The translations under genes and the position numbers were made by a program. A stretch of 64,000 nucleotides of DNA from Euglena gracilis (taxonomy: Eukaryota): contig CP154954.1 of the NCBI GenBank assembly GCA_039621445.1, forward strand, positions 37,061,703 to 37,125,702, written 5' to 3'. Below, one piece after another: positions 13,001 to 24,882 of this stretch; positions within the stretch are counted from its first letter, which is position 1, and every line of letters begins with the position of its first letter. The notes under the pieces were generated by a model. The model was not told the DNA's origin. It searched no databases and saw nothing but the letters and a program-made list of their open reading frames with translations.

Positions 13001-15530
13001 GCCCCCCCCCCCCCCGATTTACACCAAAAAATTGCCAAAATTTTGCCATTGTGGGGTGTTTTCAGCAGTGGTTTCAATTATTATGGGTTTTTTGGGGGTG
13101 GGGAACCCAGCTGACCTGGTCCCAGGGGCCGGTCGCACGTTTTGGCACCCCCCAATTCCTGGCATTGAGGCAATCTGGTCCCGAGAACCACGCCCCCCCC
13201 CCCCTTCCGCCCCGATTTATACCAAAAAATTGCCAAAACTTTTGCAATTGTGGGGTGTTTTCAGCAGTGGTTTCAATTATTGTGGGGTTTTGGGGGTGGG
13301 GAACCCAGCTGACCTGGTCCCTGGTCGCACGTTTTGGCCCCCCCCCCCAATTCCTGGCATTGAGCCAATCTGGCCCCGAAAATCACGCCCCCCCCCCCCC
13401 CCCCGATTAACGCCCAAAGATTGTGAAGATTTTGCTATTTGGGGGGTGTTGAGCAGCAGTGGTGCTGATATTCATGGGTTTTTGGGGGGTGGGGAACCCA
13501 GCTGACCTGGTCCCAGGGGCCGGTCGCACGTTTTGGCACCCCCCAATTCCTGGCATTGAGGCAATCTGGTCCCGAGAACCACGCCCCCCCCCCTTCCGCC
13601 CCGATTTATACCAAAAAATTGCCAAAACTTTTGCAATTGTGGGGTGTTTTCAGCAGTGGTTTCAGTTATTATGGGTTTTTTGGGGGTGGGGAACCCAGCT
13701 GACCTGGTCCCAGGGGCCGGTCGCACGTTTTGGCACCCCCCAATTCCTGGCATTGAGGCAATCTGGTCCCAAGAACCACCCCCCCCCCCCCCTTCCGCCC
13801 CGATTTATACCAAAAAATTGCCAAAACTTTTGCAATTGTGGGGTGTTTTCAGCAGTGGTTTCAATTACTGTGGGGTTTTTGGGGGTGGGGAACCCAGCTG
13901 ACCTGGTCCCGGGGGCCGGTCGCACGTTTTGGCACCCCCCAATTCCTGGCATTGAGGCAATCTGGTCCTTGAAACCACGCCCCCCCCCCCGCCCCGATTT
14001 ATACCAAAAAATTGCCAAAATTTTGCCATTGTGGGGTGTTTTCAGCAGTGGTTTCAATTACTGTGTGGTTTTTGGGGGTGGGGAACCCAGCTGACCTGGT
14101 CCCGGGGGCTGGTTGCACGTTTTGGCACCCCCCAATTCCTGGCATTGAGGCAATCTGGTCCTTGAAACCACGCCCCCCCCCCTCCGCCCCGACTTATACC
14201 AAAAAAATGCCAAGAATTTGCTATTGTGGGGTGTTCACCAGCAGTGGTTTCAATTACTGTGGGGTTTTTGGGGGTGGGGAACCCAGCTGACCTGGTCCCG
14301 GGGGCTGGTCGCACGTTTTGGCACCCCCCAATTCCTGGCATTGAGCCAATCTGGCCCCGAAATCACGCCCCCACGCCCCCCCACCCCCGATTAACGCCCA
14401 AAGATTGTGAAGATTTTGCTATTTGGGGGGTGTTGAGCAGCAGTGGTGCTGATATTCATGGGTTTTTGGGGGGTGGGGAACCCAGCTGACCTGGTCCCGG
14501 GGGCCGGTCGCACGTTTTGGCACCCCCCAATTCCTGGCATTGAGGCAATCTGGTCCCGAGAACCACGCCCCCCCCCCTTCCGCCCCGATTTATACCAAAA
14601 AATTGCCAAAACTTTTGCAATTGTGGGGTGTTTTCAGCAGTGGTTTCAATTACTGTGTGGTTTTTGGTGGTGGGGAACCCAGCTGACCTGGTCCCGGGGG
14701 CTGGTTGCACGTTTTGGCACCCCCCAATTCCTGGCATTGAGGCAATCTGGTCCCGAGAACCACGCCCCCCCCCTTCCGCCCCGATTTATACCAAAAAATT
14801 GCCAAAACTTTTGCAATTGTGGGGTGTTTTCAGCAGTGGTTTCAATTACTGTGTGGTTTTTGGGGGTGGGGAACCCAGCTGACCTGGTCCCGGGGGCTGG
14901 TCGCACGTTTTGGCACCCCCCAATTCCTGGCATTGAGGCAATCTGGTCCTTGAAACCACGCCCCCCCCCCCTTCCGCCCCGACTTATACCAAAAAAATGC
15001 CAAAAATTTGCTATTGTGGGGTGTTCACCAGCAGTGGTTTTAGTTATTGTGGGGTTTTTGGGGGTGGGGAACCCAGCTGACCTGGTCCCGGGGGCTGGTC
15101 GCACGTTTTGGCACCCCCCAATTCCTGGCATTGAGGCAATCTGGCCCCGAAAATCACGCCCCCACGCCCCCCCCCCCCGATTAACGCCCAAAGATTGTGA
15201 AGATTTTGCTATTTGGGGGGTGTTGAGCAGCAGTGGTGCTGATATTCATGGGTTTTTGGGGGGTGGGGAACCCAGCTGACCTGGTCCCGGGGGCCGGTGG
15301 GACGTTTTGGCGCAACCCGTTACCTGGCATTGAGGCAATCTGGCCCCGAAAATCACGCCCCCCCACGCCCCCCCCCCCCCGATTAGCACCCAAAAATTGT
15401 GAAAATTTTGCTATTTGGGGGGGGTGTTGAGCAGCAGTGGTTCTGATATTCATGGGGGTTTTGGGGGGTGGGGAACCCAGCTGACCTGGTCCCGGGGGCC
15501 GGTGGGACATTTTGGCACACCCCATGCCCC
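7050..15530 (+). repeat. ~197-bp satellite array (about 43 monomers) with higher-order repeats
   Basis: Same monomer; the variant gattaacgcccaaagattgtgaag occurs at 8294, 9272, 10654, 12019, 13405, 14389, 15179. Confidence 0.95.
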
Positions 15531-15805
15531 GATTGATTCAAAAAAATGTCAGATTTTGGGGGGGATGCAGCGCCGCTCACCCCCCCCCCCGAATTGCAAA
15601 ATTTTGACAATTCTCAGCTGTTCAAGAGGGGCGGGGGTGTGGTTTTCAAAGCCAGATTGAATGATGGTCCCAAATTACACACACAAAAAAAGGCAAACTT
15701 TTGCGATTGTGGGGTGGTGACCAGCAGCGGCTCAGCTGATTCTGGGGTTTTTGGGGGGTGGGGAACCCAGCTGACCTGGTCCCGGGGGCTGGTGGGGCGT
15801 TTTGG

Positions 15806-18308
15806 GGTACTTGTCTGTTAGTCGATCCACGGCAGTGCATCAAGTCTGTTAGTCGATCCACACCTATTTTTGGCCTACTCCTATTTTTGGCCTACTTTGG
15901 GTCACTGAGGGACAGGGAAAGCACAAAACAGGGTCAGAAGATACGGCTGGTGTCGGCACAGGGTCTGCAGAGTTAGGGGTACTTGTTCGGTAAAGGACCG
16001 CCAGTGAAATTTCTCTAAGTCGGAATTTTTAGGGTTATTGAAGGAGTAGGGTTAGGTGCGCACATGCCCATTTTGCGCTACATGGCCATGTTGCGCAACA
16101 TGGCCATGTAGCGCAAAATGGCCTTGTGCGCACCTAACCCTACCAGACATTCATTTAGTGTGGTTCACAAAAGACGTGTGAACCACAAATTTTTTTCTGG
16201 TGTCCACAGGTGAACCACAAAATTTTTTTTGGTGTCCACAGGTGAACCACAAAAAATTTTTTGGTGTCCACAGGTGAACCACAAAAATTTTTGTGGTGTC
16301 CACAAAAAATTTTGTGGTCCACAAAAATTGATTGAGGATCAAAAAAAAATTTGCACCTAAAGGCGGATTGACACCTCAGCCACATTCTGAGCCTTGGCCC
16401 CGGCTCAATCCACGAAGCGTGGCAGTTCTCAAGCAGACGTGCTGTATAGACAACTTACCCAACAAGGATACCATCAAAAAGTTAAGTACTGGCGTCGATG
16501 AAGCGGAATTCCGCTTCATGCAAGCAGAAACAGGCGACAGATAACCGCTTCATATTTGCTCTGTTTTTTTTTGCAGGTTTTGCGCCAATGTCATGTCGAA
16601 ATGTCCTTACAAGTGAAGCACGAGGAAATGAACAGAAGGTCTGTATCGTTTCGCCTGTTCTACCCTTCGTAAATTGTGCAATTGTCTCCACGTGGTTTGA
16701 CGTATTTGCATTATGCACTTTGGATAGTGACATTTAATTTCTGTTCAGTTTGTTCAGTTTCTGTTATCTTCATAAATTTCATAAATGTTAACGTTCTTCA
16801 TTGTTATTGGGATTGGAATGTCGTTTGGTGATCATTGTTGATCATTTCAATTCATACTATTTTTTTACGGATTCTTTCAAAGCGGTTTTACGCTTCCTTT
16901 TTGGTGTGCAAACATTATGCATATTTTTTTACATTACATTATGTATGATTCATTGCGTTCAGTTTTCGTTGCACATCTCCTGCTTTTGAAGCGGAATGCA
17001 ATATTTACCGCTTCCATTTTTTAATTTTTCTGTTTCGTTCCTTCGGGGCCTGCGGCAGCAGAAACAACGCTTGTTTTTGTCGGTTCCTCCTGTTCATGTA
17101 TTTCTTGATTGGTTTTGTTGATTACTAGAATTCGAAAGTAAATTGGCCTTCTTAGGTCTGTTTTCGACTGTATAGGTAAAATCAGAACCTCTTCAAAAAA
17201 ATCGAAAACTATGATCCTCTTTTGAAGTGTTTGTCCGCTTCCTATTCTGTTTTAGAGCACCAGAATTTTTGGCCAACTTACGCCGCCTGAGTCAAACATG
17301 TTCAAAGAAGATTGCTTCATTGCTGTTGATGAGAAAGAAAATGAAAATGTCAGCAGGCGGAGGAAAATTTTTTGGTGTCCACATGTGAACCACAAATATT
17401 ACTTTGGTGTCCACAGGTGAACCACAAAAAATTTTTTGGTGTCCACAAGTGAACCACAAAAAAATTTTTGGTGTCCACAGGTGAAACACAATAATTTTTG
17501 TGGTGTCCAGAGTGATTAAAAAAATGAAAACCTTGGTGTACCACACTAAATGAATGTCTGAACCCTACTCCTTCAATTAACCCCATGATAACCGACTTAG
17601 AGAAATTTCACTGGCGGTCCCTTACCGAACAAGTACCGAGTTAGGGTTAGGTTTAGGGTTAGGGCAATGTGACCATAACCCTAACCCTTTCCCTAACCCT
17701 ATCCCTAACCCTATTTTTGGCCCTCTTTGGGTCACTAATGGACAGGGAAAGCACAAAAAAAAGGGTCAGAAGATACGGCTGGTGTCGGCACAGAGAGGGT
17801 TGTCTAGAGAGTAAGGGTTAGGGTCACGGTTTAGGGTTACCCCCCCTCCCCTAGTCGTACGACCGGGTTCCTGCAACCTGTGACCGGGGGGGGGGGGGGG
17901 GTCGTAACACCCCCATAACCTGCAACCTGTGACCGGGGGAGGTGGTCATAACACCCCCATGACCTGCAACCTGTGGCTGGGGGGTGGTCGTAAATGAGGG
18001 GTGGTCGTACGACTAGGGGGGGGGGGGTTACGGTTAGGGTTTTGGGTTTTGGGTAAGGGTTACGGTTAGGGTTAGGGTTTACCTAAACCAAAACCCAACC
18101 CTAAACCCAAACCCGAACCCAGAACCCTAACCCTAAACCCTGACCCTGACCCTGACCCTAACTCTCTAGACCCTGTGTCGACACCAGCCGTATCTTCTGA
18201 CCCTGTTATGTGCTTTCCAGTGACCTAAAATACATCAGTGACCCAAAGTAGGCCAAAATAGGTGTGGATCGACCTGTTTTGCCGTGGATCGACTAACAGA
18301 CAAGTACC
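15806..18308. mobile_element. Family A MITE copy, enlarged by nested insertions
   Basis: Same TIRs and TSD as 4815-5893; contains 15978-17637, 16144-17560 and 17840-18027. Confidence 0.75.
16144..17560. mobile_element. Non-autonomous hAT-like element family D (1417 bp)
   Basis: 21-bp TIR cagacattcatttagtgtggt; perfect TSD aaccctac; empty site in the paralogous MITE at ~5145-5152; subterminal ggtgtccacaggtgaaccacaaa repeats. Confidence 0.92.
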
Positions 18309-19243
18309 CGTTTTGACACACAGCATGCCCCAATTGATTCAAAAAAATGTCAAATTTTGGGGGGGGGATACAGCGCTGCTCAACCCCCCGAATTGCAAAA
18401 TTTTAACAATTTTCAGCTGTTGAAAGGGGGGGGGGGGCGGGGCGTGGTTTTCAAAGCCAGATTGAATGCCAAGAAATGCGGGGTGCCAAAACGTGCCACC
18501 ATCCCCCGGACTGGGTCTCTGACACTAACCCTGACCCTGTTCCTTCACGAACCAGAAACCCTGCCTTTTGACCCGTCACACAGATGGTCCCAAATTACAC
18601 AAAGGCAAACTTTTGCGATTGTGGGGTGGTGACCAGCAGTGGCTCGGCTGATTCTGGGGTTTAGGGGGGTGGGGAACCCAGCTGACCTGGTCCCGGGGGC
18701 TGGTGGGGCGTTTTGGCGCACCCCATTTCCTGGCATTGAGGCAATCTGGCCCCGAAAATCACGCCGCCATGCCCCCCCCCCCGATTGACGCCCAAAATTG
18801 TACCTCCCCCTCCCCAAGCCCAATGAACACTAAGGTGACAATCTAGACGGTCCGAACACCCCCTGTTCATTGGGCAAGGGTGTTCATTAGGCATGGGGGG
18901 GGGGGGAGGTAAGCATTTTGCTGGTGAGAGACATCACCTTCATAACAATCGTCGTCTGAATCTGCGTCATCGCCTTGCAGATATTCAATTGTTTCGAAAT
19001 CAGGTTTCGTCCGAAGCATGGTGATTGCTCAATCTCAATGAATCATCATTTCTTGCAATGGATCTGCAGAAGGTGCGGAAGCAGCGTCACATGCATAGGG
19101 TGTGGTTTGGACCAGTGGCGGAACACCACATTTTCGGTTGCCAAATTGACCGAACCCAAGGTATGGAAAAAATTTTCCAAAAATCAGGCATACCTACTGC
19201 TGAAAATTGGATTTTGATTGGATTGGAATCAGTAATGAGTAAT

Positions 19244-20693
19244 GTACATCCAAAAAAGCATGTAAAATTCATGAACACTAGATCAAAACCACGGGAAGCT
19301 CAACAAATCTTAATTCATCCCCATAGAGGAATTCTGAACAGTAAGAATTTATGGCAATGAAAAATTTTCAGGAAAAAAATTTTGGACAAATATTAAAAGA
19401 TTTTATTTTGTGCTGCCAAAAAAGCGTCCAGTTTTTTTGTATTTTGTGAAATCTATACCATTTTAAGGGATTTCGAAAAAAGAAGTTTCTGACTTTTCTG
19501 GGGAATAATTCATCTTCACTGTCTGCACGTGGCTTATATTTTTCCCATCTGGTCCAAAATCTATGTTTCCCAAAGTTTCAGGTTGTGTGTTGTGTGTGGA
19601 GCAATTTTGGGTACTTATCTGTTATCGCACGACATACCCCCCCCCTTTCGGTTATCGCACTACACCCTTTTTTGGGGTTATTTAGGGTTATTTAAAGGAA
19701 TAGGGTTAGGTGCGCACATGCTACGTTGCGCTACATGGCCACGTTGCGCTACATGGCCATGTAGCGCAACATGGCCATGTAGCGCAACGTGGCCATGTAG
19801 CGCAACATTGCATGTGCGCACCTAACCCTATTCCTTCAAATAACCCTATAAAACCTAAAAATAAGGCGTCGTGCGATAACCGAAAGGGGGGGGGTATGTC
19901 GTGCGATAACAGATAAATACCCAATTTTGAGGGGTTTAACTCGAGAAGGTGGGGTAATTGAGGGTAATGAGTGGAGACTTTTTTTTGTCGGGCATTTCAC
20001 AGGCCACTATGACGTGATGATGAGAGAGTAAATTTGCACGAGTGTCAAACTTCCAGCAGGCTTTGCACAAAAAAAGGCCAAAGTTTTTGAAAAAAAATGG
20101 GGGGCCAAGACACACAAATTAAGGAACCATGTTTGCATGGAAGGAGAGCCAAACGCTGGGGGGGTCATGCATACAAAGTTGGTCACTGCAGATTGACTCC
20201 CAAGCCTGAACCTCCCACCAAATATAAGAGACCCCCGCCATAACCCACCCCCAACCTCAGACAGCATTTGGGGATTTTCGGTCCAACGCCAAATTTGATA
20301 CTGTTGCCTGGTGAAATTCAATTTGATTTTGGCATTGTTTTAGCCATTTTGGGCCCTGTTTGGCGATTGCAGAGATCAAAGGGCAAAACTCTCTTCTCCG
20401 TGTTTGGTTTCCCCCTTGGAGAAACTTAACTCTAGAAAGAAAACCCTCTGAAGACGTTCATAAACAAGAGAGAATCTCATTCATAATTGTTTGGTTGTTT
20501 AGGTCATTTGATCTTTCGGCGTGATTATTTGTGGTTTAAATTAAATAAATTGTTGTGCAACAAAAATTTTCCCATTTTAGGCCATTTTAGGCCATTTTAG
20601 GCCATTTTAGGCAGCCATTTTATGGACCCCCACCTATAGGGGGTCAAAAAGCCATTTCAGGCCATTTTAGGCCATTTTAGCTATGGGTGCTTG
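19244..20693. mobile_element. Left-truncated family H element with different internal sequence
   Basis: 19244-19447 matches 40938-41132; right end (gccattttag)n + ctatgggtgcttg; the interior lacks the AT-rich nad4-like cargo. Confidence 0.7.
19610..19921. mobile_element. Merlin-like hairpin MITE related to family B
   Basis: ggtacttatctgttatcgcacgacatacc...ggtatgtcgtgcgataacagataaatacc; perfect TSD caattttg; central 18-bp repeats (gttgcgctacatggccac-like). Confidence 0.85.
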
Positions 20694-22736
20694 GCCCCCG
20701 GGAACAGGTCGGCTGGGTTCCCCACCCCCCAAAAACCCCATTGTTGCCGGAACCGTTTGAACAAATGTCCCCCAATTGCAAACTGGCGGCGGTCAATTCG
20801 GGGTTTGCTGACCTCTCATCCTGGGCAAGAGCGCACCCCAGCCCCCCCCCTTTGTCTCCAACCTTCGATCGAATTTCAAATACCCCACTCAAATGCTTGT
20901 GGTCAAGCACACACACCTTTGTGGTGGATGGCATTCCCAATTCTCTAAAACACATCTTTCCTGTTCTTTTCCTGGAAAGCTTGCCTGAATCTCACACTTC
21001 AAAAAATGATCCAGTATTTCATCCAATTCACCGATTGCCAATTCCCTGTTTGCATCCCCCAACACAGGGTTGCCCTTTTCCAATTGTTCCCCAACGAGGG
21101 CTGCTTCAAAAGCTTTGTGTCACATTTTACAACATTTTGGTTCCCATTGACTGGCAAAAATAAAATGGGTGTCAAAAAATTGGTAAAACAAAATTGGTTG
21201 GTTGTTTTCGATTTTCGACAAACCTCGTGCCTTTTTTTGCTGAATCAAAAACACTCAATATTGTCCCTTTTGACGTGGTGAGAGACATCACCTTCATAAC
21301 AACCGTCATCCGAATCTGCGTCATCGTCTTCCAAATATTCAATTGTTTCAAAATCAGGTTTCGTCCGAAGCATGGTGATTGCTCAATCTCAATGAATCAT
21401 CATTTCTTGCAATGGATCTGCAGAAGGTGCGGAAGGAGCGTCACATGCACAGGGGGTGGTTTGGACCAGCGGGGGAACACCACATTTTCGGTCGCCAAAT
21501 CGACCGAACCCAAGATGTGGAAAATTTTTTTCCAAAATCAGGCATACCCACTACTGAAAATTGGATTTCACACCAATTTGAGAACCGGCTGGGAAAGAGG
21601 TGCTGCCTGGACCCCCACAGAGGGTGGCCAAAGCGGGGAATAAACAATTAACCGCGATTAACTGGGGGTCCCAAATTGATCAACCAAACTTCTCAAAGAA
21701 AACCACATCATCAATGCAAAGCATTTTCCACACCGGAAAAATCTTGGGCCGAAATGGCAAAATGCCAAGGGTGCCTGGGGGGGTGCCCGCCCCAGGGACC
21801 AAGCTGGGTTCCCCGTCATGGAAACCCCATTATTACCGGAACCACACCCCCGAATTGCAAACTTCAGGAATTTTTCGGGATGAATTGGTGCCTCCAGTGG
21901 CCCTTCTCCCCACCGGTTATAGCCCCTGGACTGCCGACCGCTCCTTTGGCCAACAAGCAGGGCAACACACAACTGGCATCGCCCTCAAAAGGAAAACGCC
22001 TGCCATTTGTGAGGTCAGCACTCCTTGGCCGCATAACAGCAGTGCCACACCTTCTCTGGGAAGAACGGTCCGTCGAGTGTGGCAGGGGCGTATGAGAAGC
22101 CCTGAGGGGGAGAGGAGAATGGGGAGATGAACGGTGGGGGGGGGGCACCATCAAAGACACATTCAAACACATGCACAGCCACACCCCCCTGAAAGTGAGG
22201 CCCTCCGTTTCAGCAAAAAGAAGAATTGGCAAGGATAGAGAATGAAAGAATGCCAAGTGAAGCCCAACAAACTCGAAAATTTTGATAAGATTGCGGTTTT
22301 GGTTGGGCCACAGCTGGCCGCAGCCCAACCAATGACTGCCTGCCCATCAAAACGATTTCCCTTTTTTTGGAGGAAAAATATATGCTGGGTCTTTTTTAAA
22401 AAAAATTTCACTGTCAAGTGCCGACAATTTGCAGGGGCTCACGGGGAGACCAGAATGATGTTCAAAAAACTGTCGTTCATTTGAAACGAGGTCACCATCC
22501 ACTTCAGAAAAAAAAACCGGTCAGCCACTTTTCAAAACCAATCACTCATTTCCCACCCTCCCCCCACCTGGGGGGAGTCGGTTGCTCTGGAGACACCGAG
22601 GGAAAACTGCCTCAAAAGCAATGGATTTAGGCCAAAAAACACCCAAAAAAATTCCGGAGCGGAGGGGGGAGTCCAGCCCCCCACAAAAAAAAACTCCTCA
22701 CACGGAAACCCAAACACCTCCCCACACGCGCACGCC

Positions 22737-24846
22737 TCATCTTCGCCGTCGCGGCTGGGCGCATGCTGCTCCGGCCCGCCCGCCTCCGCCACTCTGCCAG
22801 CGGCTGCGGCGGGGCTGCCTTCTGGCGACCCCGGTGTTGCCCATCCCAGAGTGCAAAGCATTGGTGCCTGTTTCTCTGTGTACGGCTTCGGACCTCCTTT
22901 CAACCCATGCTGCCCCACCAAAACGGACGGCCAACCCTTTGGTTCAGTCCCCACAGAGGAGGGGTCCATTTCATCGCACGGGGAGGGGGGGGGCACTTGA
23001 ACTAATTAGACTGAAAAAAAAGCGCGCCCAGACTAAGCACACAGCCACCACTTAGAGGTTCTTTCCCACTGGGGGTTGGGTTCTGGTGGAACCAACTGCT
23101 CTGTTCTGGAAGTGTGTTGCTGCAAAAAAAAACACAAAACAGATGTGGTGTGTCAACACAGCCGGCATTGTCTGCCCAGGCCCAATGCCACCCACCACCA
23201 AACATCAGGAGACAACATCAACATTGGTCAGTGGATCAAATCAAATGCATGGCATGGCGAGGCACTTATCATCCAATGCCTGAACCTAAACCTCATACAA
23301 TGGCCTTGTTTCTGGCACGACCCAAGAAACAAACAGGGTGGCCAAAGAAAACAGGCACAAGATGTGAGGAGCAGATAGAGCACTGGTAGAAACTCAAGCT
23401 GGCCAAAGCAAACCTTTTGGCTGCCTTTGCAGCCAAAGCACGGTGAGCAGGGCCCAATGTGGCCAAGATGGCCACTGCGAAGCGGAAAGAGGTCCAAACA
23501 GCCAAAGCTGACCCAAAACAAAAAAACAGCAAAAAAAAACAAGAACAGAAAACAACAAAAAAAGAAAAAAACAAAAAGGTGGCCAGGTGAAAACAAAAGA
23601 AGAAAAAAAAAAACAGCGGAACCAGCCACAGAAACACCCAAGCCACTAACCTTTCACAGGTCGGTGTCAAATGCCCCATGCTGCAAAACGCCCTCAAAAA
23701 ATCACAAAAAAACAAAAAAATCCAAATCAAAAAAAAAAAAAAAAAACAAAAACTCAAGCTCCAAAAAAATGGCATCGACTCGGCATCAAAAAATAGAATT
23801 TTCACAAATCCATGCGGCCCCAATCATCGCAAAAATTAGATGAAAAAAGACAGAAAAAATCGAACAACTGCTTCTGAGAAGTTCAAAAAAAACAAAAGAA
23901 GAAAAAAATGTTCAACAAAGCTAAACACGGCTTCAAAGAAGACACAATGTGGACAAGATCATCAGAAGAGGATAAAAAATTAGCAAAGGCATCTCAAAGT
24001 CAAACTCAAAGACCAAGAAAAGAAATTGTAGAAAAAAGCCAAAACAAAAAGAACATCAAGCAAAGACTCGGGACAGGTAATGACGCAAAAAGGGAGACAA
24101 AACCAGGTTCTCTGTCATATTCGGGTGGTATCGCATTCCCTCATCACGCTGTCTGCTGCAGAAACACAGGACCTCGTCAAAGGAGGTGGCCATTGGCAAC
24201 GAGGCGGCTGTCGTGCCAAGAAACACGCCAGAAGCGTTGACCATTGGCCACCACTAACCACCTTTCACCCATTGTCTGGCTGGGGATCATAAATGCCTCG
24301 GGACATCATGTGTCTGGTGGTGGGGAGGCATATGGGCAGGCTGCAACCCCGCCCACATGGGAAAAAATCAAAAAATTTTCACAAATCTTAAAAATGAAAA
24401 TCAAATATCACAAAACTGAGAACAAATTTCACAGGAAATTTCACAGGAAATTGGCAACAGGAACAAGCCACATGGCTTCTCTATGAACACACCAAATTCA
24501 CCTGCCCCGAGGGCATCGGTGGGATGGTACAAACTGAGGGATCGGTGGCGTTTTCAAAAGACAAAAAAACTGTGCCCCCCCCCCTGCATCTTGGTGATAA
24601 ATTTCTTTAAATTAACCGCTGGCCCAACCCGTTGTAGCCTTCACCACACCTCTGCTAAATCAAACCAACCCCAAAATGATGGGGACGCCAGGCCGGAGGC
24701 GCTGCTGCTCCTGCGCTCCTGTTGCTGCTGCTTCTGCGCTCCTGTGGTTGCCGCTGCCTTCAGTGCTCCTTGGCAACATACCCAACTGGGGAAAAAATGC
24801 GAACCCTGGTGGACTGCATGTGCCGTGCGTTGGACGCTGAACCTTC

Positions 24847-24882
<36 letters not shown>

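Larger units (their letters stand above)
1..19214. repeat. Tandem macro-units 1-5665, 5666-18080 and truncated 18081-19214
   Basis: acctaaaccaaaacccaaccc... restarts at 1, 5666 and 18081, followed by >1.1 kb of near-identical sequence including the same nested MITEs. Confidence 0.9.

Noticed and set aside
1240-15976. Dozens of ORFs with GVGNPADLVPGAGRTFWHPP-type peptides
   Set aside because: Translations of the 197-bp satellite; frames shift with homopolymer length
16175-16325. CRISPR-like spaced repeats (ggtgtccacaggtgaaccac; also 17370-17510)
   Set aside because: Spacers are only short A/T runs; these are subterminal repeats of a TIR element; no cas genes
23228-24240. Lys-rich and Phe-rich ORFs (also 25922-26437)
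   Set aside because: A-tract low-complexity sequence and MITE-internal repeats
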